This document shows, in pieces, positions 18,675-29,427 of a DNA stretch of 64,000 bases (its first letter is position 1; every line of letters starts with the position of its first letter). Source of the stretch: Candidatus Omnitrophota bacterium. GTDB lineage: Bacteria > Omnitrophota > Gorgyraeia > Gygaellales > Profunditerraquicolaceae. Where the stretch lies: NCBI GenBank assembly GCA_028716965.1, contig JAQUOV010000006.1, forward strand, positions 23,282 through 87,281, written 5' to 3'. Both the position numbers and the translations under genes were made by a program. Under the pieces are notes generated by a model, which saw nothing but the letters and a program-made list of their open reading frames with translations, was not told the DNA's origin and ran no database searches.

Positions 18675-20100
18675 CAGTCAGCCTCCGCTTTATTAATTCT
18701 CCGACGATTTTGGGGTTAGCCTTACCGGCGCTCTTTTTCATTACCTGGCCTACTAAAAACATAAGCGCGTTTGTTTTTCCCGCCCTAAAGCTTGTAACGG
18801 ATTTCTCGTTTTCCCGGATCACCCCGGAGATAACCTGCTCCAGCTCCGCGGTATCGGATATCTGCAGCATGTTATTTTCCCGGATTATAAGCTCTGCCGG
18901 TTTTTGAGAGTCGATCATCTGTGTCAAAACGAGCTTTGCGGAAAGGTGCGAAATAGACTGGTTTTCTACAAAACCGATTAAGCTGATCAAATCCTCCATA
19001 TTAACATTCAACTCATGGAGCTCGACCTTGCGGCTATTGGCCTCGGATAACATAGGGCCGATCAACCAATTGGCCATATTCTTTTTATCTTTCCCCGGAT
19101 ATTTCCGGATGCACTCTTCCGCAAATTGGGCGTTTTTTTTAGAACTCACCAGGATCTTGGCGTCGTATTCGGATAAACCGTAATCACGCATAAAACGCCG
19201 CATTTTATCATGGGGCAATTCAGGCAATTGAGATTTAATCCGGGAGACCATGGTTTGTTCAATGATAAAAACTGTCAGATCGGGGTCGGGAAAATACCTG
19301 TAATCCTTGGCCCCTTCTTTATTACGCATAGAGACGGTTTCCCCATTTTCCGCATCCCAAAGGCGGGTTTCCTGAACCATGGCCTGGCCGGCCTCAAGCA
19401 AGGCAGCCTGGCGGTCTACCTCAAAAACCAAAGCATCCTTTACCCCTTTAAAGGAATTCATATTCTTCAGCTCTGCCTTAACCCCTAACTCTTTAGAGCC
19501 TTCGGGGCGTAAAGAAATATTAGCGTCGCAGCGTAAAGACCCCTTTTCCATATCGCAATCAGAAACATCCAAATATTCAATAATATTTTTTAAGCTGGTT
19601 AAATAATCAAATGCCTCCTGCGGGCTGTTTAAATCCGGCTCACTGACAATCTCAAGCAGGGGGACCCCTGCGCGGTTAAAATCCACCATACTTGCGTTTG
19701 ATTCATGGATAAGCTTGCCCGCGTCCTCCTCAAGATGCACACGGGTGATCCCGATGCGTTTAGTTTTATTATCGCTGAATATATCAAGATAGCCGTGGCG
19801 CGATAACGGCAGATCAAACTGTGAGATCTGGTAATTCTTCGGTAAATCCGGATAAAAATAATTCTTACGGTCAAATTTAGTATGTTCCTGTATCTGGCAG
19901 GAAAAAGCCAAAGCTACTTTAATTGCGGAATTCAGTGCCTCTTTATTGTAGACCGGCAAGGTGCCGGGAAAACCCAGGCATACCGGGCAAACACCGGAAT
20001 TAGGTGTTTTTCCAAAATCAATAGCGCAGCCGCAGAATGCCTTGGTTTTAGTTTTTAACTGCAGGTGAACCTCCAAACCGATAACTGTCTGGTATCTCAT
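18667..20100 (-). CDS. gatB: Asp-tRNA(Asn)/Glu-tRNA(Gln) amidotransferase subunit B
   Basis: 477 aa. It starts [17 protein letters not shown], the canonical GatB N-terminus. A gatCAB operon is present. Confidence 0.9.
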
Positions 20101-21515
20101 AGGCGTGGTTTAACTTTATGCCATTGCGTACTCTGCTCAAAAGCATGGGCCAGCCTGAAAAGCATCCCTTCATTAAAAGGCTTGGCCATAATCTGCAGTC
20201 CTATCGGAAGGCCGCTTTTGGAAAACCCGCACGGTATGGATATCGCAGGTATCCCCGCCAAATTTACCGATATGGTATATATATCCGAAAGGTACATCTG
20301 TAAAGGGTCAGCGGTTTTTTCGCCGATTTTAAAAGCCGGGGTCGGTGAAGTAGGGGTGATAATACAATCAAAATCCTTAAAGACCGCGTCAAAATCATTC
20401 TTTATAAGAGTGCGCACTTTCAAGGCACGTAAATAATACGCGTCATAATAACCGTGGGATAAAGCAAAGGTGCCTAAGATTATCCTGCGTTTGGCTTCCT
20501 CACCGAACCCCTCCGCACGGGTCTTCTTGTACATCTGAATAAGGCTGTCCGATTTGGCGCGATAACCGTATTGCACCCCGTCAAACCTGGCCAGGTTTGA
20601 ACTGGCTTCGGCAGTAGCCACAATGTAGTAAACCGGAACAGCATATTGCGTATGCGGCAAGCTTACCTGTTTTGAAACAGCCCCTAAAGATTCAAGCTTC
20701 TTTATTGCCTCTTCAATAACAAGTTTGACCTCCGGGTCAAGGCCTTCGATAAAATATTCTTTGGGGATGCCGATTTTTACCCCTTTGATATCTTTGCCCA
20801 GGCTATCAGTGTAATCCGGTAGATCCTGGTTTACCGAAGTCGAATCATTAGGGTCATAACCCGAGATAATCCGGGCCAATATTGCCGCATCTTCTACATC
20901 CTTGGTAATCGGGCCGATCTGGTCAAGGCTTGAGGCAAAAGCTATTAATCCAAAACGTGAAACACGGCCGTAAGTAGGCTTTAATCCTACCACGCCGCAA
21001 AAAGATGCAGGCTGGCGTATCGAACCACCCGTATCCGAACCTAACGCCCAAATCGCTTCATCGCTTGCCACAGCGGCAGCTGAGCCTCCGGAGGAACCCC
21101 CGGGCACACATTCCAAATTCCAGGGGTTATGCGTTGGGCCAAAGGATGAATTTTCCGTAGATGAACCAAAAGCAAATTCATCCATATTCGCTTTTAGCGG
21201 GAAAATAGCATTGCCGGACTTTTTTAGCTTACTGATAACCGTCGCGTCGTATGGCGGGCGAAAACCACAAAGGATCTTTGAACAGCATTCCGTATTTAAT
21301 CCTTCAGTGCAAATATTATCTTTAACCGTTACCGGTAAAAGGCCCGCTAAGCCATTTGCCTGGGTATTTCCCGGCTTAAATCTTGCATAAGCTTTGACTT
21401 TAGGCTCAACGGCTTCTATGCGCGCATAAAGCGAATCCAGTATCTGCCCGGAAGCAACCTGCTTGCTTCTAAGCTTATCCAGCAATTCATGGGCGGTCAG
21501 TTGATTTAATTCCAT
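20097..21515 (-). CDS. gatA: Glu-tRNA(Gln) amidotransferase subunit A (amidase signature family)
   Basis: 472 aa with the amidase signature [12 protein letters not shown] and the Ser-cisSer-Lys triad context. Confidence 0.9.
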   Translation of the reverse strand: MELNQLTAHELLDKLRSKQVASGQILDSLYARIEAVEPKVKAYARFKPGNTQANGLAGLLPVTVKDNICTEGLNTECCSKILCGFRPPYDATVISKLKKSGNAIFPLKANMDEFAFGSSTENSSFGPTHNPWNLECVPGGSSGGSAAAVASDEAIWALGSDTGGSIRQPASFCGVVGLKPTYGRVSRFGLIAFASSLDQIGPITKDVEDAAILARIISGYDPNDSTSVNQDLPDYTDSLGKDIKGVKIGIPKEYFIEGLDPEVKLVIEEAIKKLESLGAVSKQVSLPHTQYAVPVYYIVATAEASSNLARFDGVQYGYRAKSDSLIQMYKKTRAEGFGEEAKRRIILGTFALSHGYYDAYYLRALKVRTLIKNDFDAVFKDFDCIITPTSPTPAFKIGEKTADPLQMYLSDIYTISVNLAGIPAISIPCGFSKSGLPIGLQIMAKPFNEGMLFRLAHAFEQSTQWHKVKPRL

Positions 21516-21517
21516 AA

Positions 21518-21805
21518 TTATTCGATCACCTTTGGGACGCTGAAGAAGTTCCCGTTTTTGCTTGGGGCATTTTCCAGGGCTTGATCAACAGTTAAACAAG
21601 TACGCACTTCATCCTCACGCAATACATTACTGATAGGCAAAATATGGCTGGCAGGTTCAACCATGGCTATATTTAGAACGCTTAGCTTATCAATAAAACC
21701 TAAAATATCATGCAATTGCCGTGATAGTTTCTCTAATTCACCGGGCCCTAATTCGATGCGCGCTAAGTGCGCAACCTGTTCTACTGTCCCTTTATCTATT
21801 GCCAT
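21518..21805 (-). CDS. gatC: Asp/Glu-tRNA amidotransferase subunit C
   Basis: 95 aa, immediately upstream of gatA. Typical GatC size and conserved LARIEL region. Confidence 0.8.
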   Translation of the reverse strand: MAIDKGTVEQVAHLARIELGPGELEKLSRQLHDILGFIDKLSVLNIAMVEPASHILPISNVLREDEVRTCLTVDQALENAPSKNGNFFSVPKVIE

Positions 21806-21996
21806 CTTCTCCTCCGCTTGGCAAATATTTTATCATCTTTATCTCAAAAGTCAATGAACACTTGGTTTACGAACCAAACAGCATATAAGTTTTTAACTAA
21901 CCCAGCCCTTGTAAGCTTAAGCGGGCAAAGATAATCCTGAAGGCTGCAAAGCGATTAACTGCGGGGATAATACTATGTGGCATCCCCCATTTTAAG

Positions 21997-22024
21997 TTGA
22001 CAAAGGCAATAAAACCTGTAAAAT
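21997..22024 (+). promoter_or_regulatory. candidate sigma70 promoter (TTGACA-16 nt-TAAAAT) about 33 nt upstream of the 1061-aa gene
   Basis: Consensus -35 TTGACA at 21997-22002 and -10 TAAAAT at 22019-22024. It lies in the divergent gatC/large-ORF intergenic region. Confidence 0.45.
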
Positions 22025-22057
22025 ACTACTAATTAACTGCAGCAAATATATAAAAAT

Positions 22058-25000
22058 ATGAAATTAAAGCCAAAATATTATTTAAATAAAGAAGGTCAAT
22101 TCGTTATTGAAAATTATAATTACGCAAAACCTTTTGCAAATTTCTTCCCGGGGATTGCCGGAAAATACGGTATCCCGATGTGGGTTTTTTACGTTAACCG
22201 CGGGCAATGTATCTCCAGTTTTGGCATTAAAGATAAGGACCAGTCAATCCTGGAGTTCTTCCCGGCAAATAAATCCTGGCAGTTTGTTTCAACCAATGGG
22301 TTCCGCACATTTATCAAGGTCAAAACCGCAAAAGGCCCCCTTTACTATGAACCTTTCCATAACGGGTATGTGAACCTGAAATACCGGATCGCTAACTCCA
22401 TGCGCATAGGTTCAAGCCAGCTGATTATAGAAGAAGAAAACCTTAGCTTGGGGATCAAGACCCGCGTGGAATACTTTGATATACCTAACGATGCTTATGC
22501 CGGCTTAAGCCGTACCGTAAGCATTGAAAATACCGGGCGCAGCCACAAATGCATACAACTGATTGACGGACTGCCGCAAGTTGTCCCTTTCGGCACGCAT
22601 AATTTCTTCTTAAAAAAACTCGGCCGCACGATTGAAGCCTGGATGAATGTTGAAAACCTGGAGAATAATATCCCTTTTTATAAGCTTGAGGTTGACCCAT
22701 CGGACCGCCCGGAAGTAATACATATAAGTGGCGGTAATTTCTACCTGGGTTTTTATTTCAAAGGCTCAAAGCCCGAAATCATCCGGCCTATTGTTGACCC
22801 GGAAGCTGTTTTCGGGCCGGTAACCGATTTCTCCTACCCTGCGCAATTCCTGGCTACCCCCAAATTCCCGTATCCCGCAAAGCAAATGACCAAAAGCAAA
22901 ACCCCTGCTTCGCTTCTCTTAATGGGTATGGGCCTGGCGCCTAAAGAACAAAAAACATTTTATTCAATAATCGGGCAGGCGCGAAACGTAAAAACTTTAA
23001 ATGCTCTAGTGCCTAAGATTACCAGGCTCGGCTATACTGAGAAGAAAATGGGGGAAAATATAGACCTTATCCGTAAGTTAAAAGAAGGTATAGAGACTAA
23101 GAGCGCTTCCAGAGAATTCAACCTCTATGCGGGGCAAACTTATCTGGATAATATTATGCGCGGGGGCTACCCCGAGGTTTTCAAATCCGGACTGGTATTC
23201 TATCTTTATTCCCGCAAGCACGGTGACCTGGAAAGGGACTACAATAAATTCCAGCTGCAGCCAAACTATCTTTCCCAGGGTAACGGGAATTACCGGGATA
23301 TCAACCAGAACCGCCGCAATGACTGCTGGTTTAACCCTGAGGTAAAAGACGAGAATGTAATCTTTTTTATTAACCTGCTTCAGACGGACGGTTTCAACCC
23401 GCTGGTGGTAAAACCCGACGCTTTCCTGTTTAAAGAAGGCGTTGACTTATTTGGGCTGCTTGAGAAGATTGCCCGCAAAGACGATATTGATAAACTCGCT
23501 GTTTATTTCAAAAAACCGTTTACCCCGGGAGACCTTATCTTCTTCATCGAAGAAAATAGGATACAGCTGCATGTTTCTTATGACGATTTTCTGGACAGAA
23601 TACTTTCCTCCTCCTTAAGAATACAGGAAGCAGAGCATGCGGAAGGTTTCTGGACCGACCATTGGACCTATAACTTAGATTTAATCGAAAGCTACCTGCG
23701 GATTTACCCGGAGAAATTTAACGAATTATTCTTTGAGAAGAAACTTTTCACCTTCTATGATAATGCCGAATTAGTCAGGCCGCGCAGCGAAAGATACATC
23801 CTTTACAACGGCAAACCCAGGCAGCTGCATTGCCTGGTACTTGACGCAATAAAGAAAGAGATGCTGCACAAACGGACAGATAATCCCCATATCTTAAGGA
23901 CCCAGCACGGCAGCGGCGAAATCTACCATACTACCCTTATTGCCAAGCTTTTATGCCTGGCACTTAACAAGCTGGCTTCCCTTGACCCTTTTGGTATCGG
24001 CATCGAGATGGAAGCCGGTAAACCTAACTGGTTTGATTCCCTTAACGGACTACCTGCCCTCTTTGGCTCATCAATCTGCGAAACTTTTGAACTTAAGCGC
24101 CTGCTTATAATGGTCAAGAAGGCTTTAGAAAATTACCAAACTGATGAAATTGAGCTTGCTGAAGAGATTGCTAATTTCATGGGACAACTTTCCGTTATCT
24201 TACCCGAAGAGGCCTTCCCCTATTGGGATAAAAGTAATACCATAAAAGAAGAGTACCGGCACAATAGCCGCTTAGGTTTCTCCGGAAACCATACATATGT
24301 ACAAACTAAAGAACTACTCTCTTTTCTAACCAACGCTTTAAATAAAGTTGAATCCGGTTTAGATAAAGCCCTTAATAAGGCGGACGGCACATATCATTCA
24401 TATTTCATCAATGACGTAGTTGAATTCGCACTGGTCAAAGACCATTACTTAAAACCCAAGAAATTCAAACAAAGGCGCCTCCCGCTGTTCCTTGAAGGAC
24501 AAATGCACGCGTTAAGGCTGGCCCGGGATGTCAACCAAGCTGCCGATATTTATAAAGCAACCAGGAAAAGCGCGCTTTTTGATAAGGAATTACGCATGTA
24601 TAAAGTGACCGCTTCTCTTAAAAGCATGCCGAAGGAGATTGGCAGATGCAGGGTATTTACCCCGGGATGGCTGGAGAATGAGTCCGTCTGGCTGCATATG
24701 GAATACAAGTATATGCTGGAGTTGCTTAAGAAAAACCTGGCTAAGGAATTCTATTCGGAATTCAAGAATGTGCTTATCCCTTTCCAGGATGCACAAAGAT
24801 ATGGCCGCAGCATTTTAGAGAACTCTTCATTCCTGGCAAGCAGCGCATTTCCTGATAAGAAGTTGCACGGTAACGGTTTTGTGGCCAGGCTGTCAGGCTC
24901 AACTGCCGAATTCCTGCAAATTTGGCTGGTTATGAACGTCGGAAGCAACCCATTCTACCTGAACGATAACAAACAGCTTAATCTGTCTTTTAATCCATGT

Positions 25001-25243
25001 TTGCCGGATTGGCTATTTGACCGCAAGGGAGAATATTCTTTTAATTTTTTAAGTTCCATTAAAATAACCTACCATAACCCCGCAAGAAAAAATACTTTCG
25101 GCAAAAATAGCGCGCAGGTATCCAAAATAATTATTTACGAAAATCTCTCGCCCATAGAGATGGCTGGCACAATTATTCCTGCCCCCTACGCGCAAAGAAT
25201 AAGATTGCGCCAAATTGACAAAATAGATATTTACCTGGAATAA
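22058..25243 (+). CDS. large glycoside-phosphorylase/hydrolase-superfamily protein (GH94/cellobiose-phosphorylase-like alpha/alpha toroid), divergent
   Basis: 1061 aa. The central motif GNGNYRDINQNRRND aligns with the GH94 catalytic-region motif G(M/R)GFRDSNQD. The N-terminal beta-sandwich-like region (KPFANFFPGIAGKYGIPMWVFYVNRGQ) resembles GH94 N-domains. No closer identification is possible from sequence alone. Confidence 0.45.
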   Translation: MKLKPKYYLNKEGQFVIENYNYAKPFANFFPGIAGKYGIPMWVFYVNRGQCISSFGIKDKDQSILEFFPANKSWQFVSTNGFRTFIKVKTAKGPLYYEPFHNGYVNLKYRIANSMRIGSSQLIIEEENLSLGIKTRVEYFDIPNDAYAGLSRTVSIENTGRSHKCIQLIDGLPQVVPFGTHNFFLKKLGRTIEAWMNVENLENNIPFYKLEVDPSDRPEVIHISGGNFYLGFYFKGSKPEIIRPIVDPEAVFGPVTDFSYPAQFLATPKFPYPAKQMTKSKTPASLLLMGMGLAPKEQKTFYSIIGQARNVKTLNALVPKITRLGYTEKKMGENIDLIRKLKEGIETKSASREFNLYAGQTYLDNIMRGGYPEVFKSGLVFYLYSRKHGDLERDYNKFQLQPNYLSQGNGNYRDINQNRRNDCWFNPEVKDENVIFFINLLQTDGFNPLVVKPDAFLFKEGVDLFGLLEKIARKDDIDKLAVYFKKPFTPGDLIFFIEENRIQLHVSYDDFLDRILSSSLRIQEAEHAEGFWTDHWTYNLDLIESYLRIYPEKFNELFFEKKLFTFYDNAELVRPRSERYILYNGKPRQLHCLVLDAIKKEMLHKRTDNPHILRTQHGSGEIYHTTLIAKLLCLALNKLASLDPFGIGIEMEAGKPNWFDSLNGLPALFGSSICETFELKRLLIMVKKALENYQTDEIELAEEIANFMGQLSVILPEEAFPYWDKSNTIKEEYRHNSRLGFSGNHTYVQTKELLSFLTNALNKVESGLDKALNKADGTYHSYFINDVVEFALVKDHYLKPKKFKQRRLPLFLEGQMHALRLARDVNQAADIYKATRKSALFDKELRMYKVTASLKSMPKEIGRCRVFTPGWLENESVWLHMEYKYMLELLKKNLAKEFYSEFKNVLIPFQDAQRYGRSILENSSFLASSAFPDKKLHGNGFVARLSGSTAEFLQIWLVMNVGSNPFYLNDNKQLNLSFNPCLPDWLFDRKGEYSFNFLSSIKITYHNPARKNTFGKNSAQVSKIIIYENLSPIEMAGTIIPAPYAQRIRLRQIDKIDIYLE

Positions 25244-27516
25244 TAACGACCTGCCGCATTTAATACGCTTAAAACGGAAAGATTCACAGCCGCAATCGTA
25301 AAACAGCTCCAGGTTATCCCAAGTACAGGGATTAAGAAAACGCCGGTCAGAAACGCGCCGAAACTTGAACCTAACAGGTCCACACCGTAAGTTAACCCTG
25401 AAACCCGCCCCTTCTGCTGTTTACCCACCAGGTATATTTTATTCACTACGGGGAATTGCATGCCGGCAATCAGGCCGGTAAATAGCGAGAAAAGAGGGAA
25501 GATAAAGCCTGCCCCTAATTGTAATATAAACTCCTTGCCGGAAAATGACAACCAGGAGAATAACAGTGGAAGCCCTAACGACAAAACAGAAAATAAGATT
25601 CCCGCCAGGGCCAGGAATCTAAGCGGTTTTTTAAAATGTTTCATCAAAATACTTATAAAAAAACTTCCCGCAGCCAGGCCCGCCATAAAGACCGTAAGCA
25701 GAAGCCCGATTTGGTAAAATAAATAGCCGTAAATAACCTGGAAGGAAAACAATATTATTATCTGTATAGACATGGCGGAAAAACCCCCTGCCATAAGCGC
25801 CATCAGGCCTGCCGCTTTATAAAAATCTTTATTCTTAAGCGTTCCTACTAAACCCCACAAAATAATCAAAAAGCAGATACCTGTTACGGAAATAATGACT
25901 TTCTTGAAGCTGGCACCTTGAAGTATTTTCCTAAAGACCTTATCGCCCAGGCGCGCTGCCCAGAAGGAAATATTGTAATAATATGCGCTGGGTTGAAAGT
26001 CGTAATTTAACTTAACCTTCCCCTTTTCCGCCAAGACGCCTTCAGTATAGGAGATAATAGATGGGGATAATTTAGAAAACAGGTAATACTCCCGCACATA
26101 TTTTAAATCCAGGTTCCTTTCTTTGGCCCTATCCATTAAAATATTATAGTCATAGGTAAGACCCCCTGCTTTATCGCAAGCCAGGAAATATGCGGTCTCT
26201 CCGGGGATAACCAGGACATCCTTAAACACCTTTTTTAACCCCAGGTAAACAGACCTTAGGTATTCCCCCAGTTCCGGGCTGATATAACTTTCCGAAGAAC
26301 TTAAAGCAAACGAAAAAACCCCACCCCTATTCAGGACCCGCTTTACTTCCTTAAAGAATTCAACGGTATAGTACCTGTTTAACTGTGCGGTATAAGGGTC
26401 CCCAAGGCGCACAATTACGCAATCATATTTTTTATGTGTGCTTTTGATAAAAAACCTGCCATCCAGATTATAGATGGAAACCTTCGCCTGTTTTAAAGGC
26501 TCATATTCCTTTGCAGGAAGATACTTCTCTGCCATTTCTACAATTAGAGGGTCAAGTTCAAGGTAATCAATGCTTCTTACAGGGTATTTAAGCATTTCCC
26601 CTATTAATCCTGCCACCCCTCCTCCTATTAAAAGTAAATCCTGCGCGTCTTTATGTTCCAAGAGGGCAAAATGCACTGTTTCCTCGCAGGCAAGTCTATC
26701 CGGCACGCTGTAAAGATGAAGACCATTGTCAAAAAAAGAATACTGGCTGTCCCTTTTTGTTACCATAATATTGCCATAGATTGAATTTTTTGCTCCAAGT
26801 ATAGTGTACCCCTGCCACTGCCTGTTACGCGAATGTTCATCAAGCTTGCCCCAGGTGCCGGAAAACCATAAAACTGATACCGCAACAAAAATCAACGCTA
26901 AGGCGCCTGTAAACATCCTGCCTGTTTTCTTTGCTCCTCTCTGGTGCCGTAAAGCGATGGCTGTCAGGATATTCAACAATCCCAAAGCCACGCCAATATC
27001 AATAGAGCTCATGAAACGGATAAAAATGAAGCTTGCTATTAAGCCGCCGAGCAAAGAACCTACGGATTCCCAGGAATAGGCTGCGCCGATACTTTGCGCC
27101 GGCTCTGCAGATTTAGCTTGATAAACCCTGCAGCCTAAAGAAAACATAAAACCTAAAAGCATACAGACCGGCGCAAGGATAAAAAAACTTGATAAAAGCA
27201 TGGGGATAAAACCGATAATCTCTCCGGGTGCAAGAGAAAAATAAAGCTTTATTGACCTGATTGCCAATATGCTTAAAACAATAAGGAAGCTTAAGACAAC
27301 CTGGGCAACCGAAAACAGGTTCAGCTTTGATTTGGCCTTATCGGCAAAACCGCCTAAGGCCCAGCTGCCCGCCGCTCCCCAAATAAGCCAGCTGCCGAGG
27401 ACCAATCCAATAGACAACTCATTCCCGTAAAAAACGGTTAGAAACTCGCGCAGTATGACTATCTGCACCGACATGGCGGTAAAACCAATTAAAAAAATGG
27501 AAAGTAGGATTGTCAT
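25231..27516 (-). CDS. fused polytopic membrane / spermidine synthase-like (aminopropyltransferase fold) protein
   Basis: 761 aa. About 8 N-terminal TM helices are followed by a soluble domain with spermidine-synthase motifs (LLIGGGVAGLIGEMLKY...LELDPLIVEMAEKYLP; DCVIVRLGDPYTAQ), then more TM helices at the C-terminus. Confidence 0.7.
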   Translation of the reverse strand: MTILLSIFLIGFTAMSVQIVILREFLTVFYGNELSIGLVLGSWLIWGAAGSWALGGFADKAKSKLNLFSVAQVVLSFLIVLSILAIRSIKLYFSLAPGEIIGFIPMLLSSFFILAPVCMLLGFMFSLGCRVYQAKSAEPAQSIGAAYSWESVGSLLGGLIASFIFIRFMSSIDIGVALGLLNILTAIALRHQRGAKKTGRMFTGALALIFVAVSVLWFSGTWGKLDEHSRNRQWQGYTILGAKNSIYGNIMVTKRDSQYSFFDNGLHLYSVPDRLACEETVHFALLEHKDAQDLLLIGGGVAGLIGEMLKYPVRSIDYLELDPLIVEMAEKYLPAKEYEPLKQAKVSIYNLDGRFFIKSTHKKYDCVIVRLGDPYTAQLNRYYTVEFFKEVKRVLNRGGVFSFALSSSESYISPELGEYLRSVYLGLKKVFKDVLVIPGETAYFLACDKAGGLTYDYNILMDRAKERNLDLKYVREYYLFSKLSPSIISYTEGVLAEKGKVKLNYDFQPSAYYYNISFWAARLGDKVFRKILQGASFKKVIISVTGICFLIILWGLVGTLKNKDFYKAAGLMALMAGGFSAMSIQIIILFSFQVIYGYLFYQIGLLLTVFMAGLAAGSFFISILMKHFKKPLRFLALAGILFSVLSLGLPLLFSWLSFSGKEFILQLGAGFIFPLFSLFTGLIAGMQFPVVNKIYLVGKQQKGRVSGLTYGVDLLGSSFGAFLTGVFLIPVLGITWSCFTIAAVNLSVLSVLNAAGRYYSR

Positions 27517-27539
27517 TTAAAATTTTCCCTGCTGTTGGT

Positions 27540-28199
27540 TCATGGACGAAATAGTATAAAGTTTAACCCCATCAAAACTAAAAGCACTGCGCAGATAAAC
27601 CGGAAGATCGATAAGCCCAGGCTTGATTTTAATACTTTTGCCGGGAACCAGCTGATTATTCCTGATAATCCGGCAATAACCAGGAGGTTTGAAATAAATG
27701 TTCCCAATCCGAAGGCAAGAGCGAAAAGCATCCCCTGAAAGGCGCTTTTGGAAATAATCGTAATTTCAAAAAGCAGGGCCAAAAGCGGCGCGCAAGGAAG
27801 TAACCCTATAGTGAAACCTAAAATAATCAGGCTGCTTAAGGCAACGGTTTTATTCGCAGGTATACGGCATCTGCAGTAGTCCTGCCCTCCGGCAAAGAAA
27901 ACCAGGATTCCCAGGACAATAACTATTATCCCCCCTAAAGGCTTTAAGTATAAGACAAATACGGAATTACCGAATCTCCTGAGCAGGGTTGCCGAGAATC
28001 CGGCCAAATAACCCAAAATAAGGTAAGCAAACAAACGTGCAGAAAGAAATAACGATACCTGCGCCAATCCCCTGCCCCATTTAAGCGTCCTTCCGGCAAG
28101 GTATGCGATAAGTATAGGCGTACAGGACAAAAAGCATGGCCCGGCAAAACCAAAACTCAGGCCAATCCCGAAAAGCTGTAAATAAGTCAGAGGTCCCAT
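27540..28199 (-). CDS. CcdA/DsbD-like thiol-disulfide transporter family membrane protein (DsbD_2-like)
   Basis: 219 aa, about 6 TM helices. There are two proline-cysteine motifs in membrane helices (FAGPCFLSCTP in TM1 and LLPCAPLL in TM4), as in CcdA-type reductant conduits. Confidence 0.45.
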   Translation of the reverse strand: MGPLTYLQLFGIGLSFGFAGPCFLSCTPILIAYLAGRTLKWGRGLAQVSLFLSARLFAYLILGYLAGFSATLLRRFGNSVFVLYLKPLGGIIVIVLGILVFFAGGQDYCRCRIPANKTVALSSLIILGFTIGLLPCAPLLALLFEITIISKSAFQGMLFALAFGLGTFISNLLVIAGLSGIISWFPAKVLKSSLGLSIFRFICAVLLVLMGLNFILFRP

Positions 28200-29200
28200 C
28201 TACCGGCTATTTTATTGCCGCAGAATTCACATTTCCCATCTTTAATATGATTTTCTAAAATCTCATAACCCACTCTCTTTACAACAATCTTCCCGCATTT
28301 CGGGCAATATGTGTTTTCCCCCGGATGCCCGGGGAGATTGCCGATATAAACATATTTTAATCCCGCGTTCTTAGCGATCCTATACGCCTCTTCGAGTTTT
28401 TCAACCGGCGTAGGAGGAAGATTCAATAATCTGAAAGCCGGCATAAAACGGCTGAAATGAACCGGGACCTGGTCCCCCAGATTCTCCTTTATCCACACGC
28501 ACATCTCCTTAATCCTTGCTGACTCGTCGTTTAAACCGGGGATAATCAGGCAGGTTATCTCAAGCCAAACACCGGATTTACTGATTGTCTTAAGGGTCTC
28601 CAAAACCGGGCCTATCTGCGCCATCTCTCCGATTTTAGCGTAAACCTCGGGAGAAAACCCTTTGAGATCCACATTAACTGCATCCATATATTTAAGCAAT
28701 TCACCTAACGGCTCCTGATTTATATAGCCGCAGGTATGCATCGTGTTTTTCAACCCTTTTGCATGGGCGAGCTTTGCGATATCAAGCATATACTCATAAA
28801 ATACCGTTGGTTCGGTGTAGGTATAAGCGATAAAACGGCAGTTGTTTTTTATGCACTGGACTACCGCCTCCTCCGGGGAAAGGCTGTAACTTTGGGCCTC
28901 ATCAGGCTTTGATTGGGATATCTGCCAGTTTTGGCAGAAAATACAACGCATGTTGCATCCGGCAACGGCAAGCGAATAAACCGCCTCACCCGGAGAGACA
29001 TGAAAAAAAGGTTTCTTTTCAATAGGATCAATATGGATAGCTACGGGGTTACCATACCCAAGGGTATAGAGTTTCCCTTCTTTATTTAAACGCACAGTAC
29101 AAAAACCGCGCTGCCCTGGTGAAAGAACGCATTTACGCGGGCACAAAAGGCATTGCAAAGTAGTATCTTTGACGGTCTTCCAATAAAGGGCCGGATGCAT
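28187..29200 (-). CDS. amrS: AmmeMemoRadiSam-system-type radical SAM enzyme (PflA-like activase family)
   Basis: It has the CNMRCIFCQNW radical SAM cluster motif, a C-terminal CxxC...CxxC zinc ribbon and conserved AmrS-like blocks. The track ORF extends 28 codons further upstream (to 29284) with a signal-peptide-like segment. I prefer the internal Met start (MHPALYWK). Confidence 0.7.
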   Translation of the reverse strand: MHPALYWKTVKDTTLQCLLCPRKCVLSPGQRGFCTVRLNKEGKLYTLGYGNPVAIHIDPIEKKPFFHVSPGEAVYSLAVAGCNMRCIFCQNWQISQSKPDEAQSYSLSPEEAVVQCIKNNCRFIAYTYTEPTVFYEYMLDIAKLAHAKGLKNTMHTCGYINQEPLGELLKYMDAVNVDLKGFSPEVYAKIGEMAQIGPVLETLKTISKSGVWLEITCLIIPGLNDESARIKEMCVWIKENLGDQVPVHFSRFMPAFRLLNLPPTPVEKLEEAYRIAKNAGLKYVYIGNLPGHPGENTYCPKCGKIVVKRVGYEILENHIKDGKCEFCGNKIAGRWDL

Positions 29201-29370
29201 CTCTGGCTTAGAAGTTTCTTCGGCCCGGCTGTTTATCAAAAAGATACCTAAGCAAAGAATGATTGTTACTGCCAATTTCTTCATTGTAAAATCTCCTGAT
29301 ACCGGCGCCTTACGCAGATACCGAAATTATTATATAACAGCTATACCCTTATTTCAAATCAAATGGAAGG

Positions 29371-29402
29371 AATAAAAAAAACCGGGAATTTAGATTCCCG
29401 GT
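29371..29402 (-). terminator. rho-independent terminator downstream of the 124-aa ORF
   Basis: A 9-bp perfect stem (accgggaat / attcccggt) with a 4-nt loop. On the transcribed minus strand it is followed by an 8-nt U-run. Confidence 0.6.
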
Positions 29403-29427
29403 AAAATGAATGGTTGATATTTACAGG

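Noticed and set aside
29200-29284. Signal peptide on the radical SAM enzyme
   Set aside because: A secreted radical SAM enzyme is implausible. An internal Met aligns with the usual family N-terminus, so the extension is probably untranslated.
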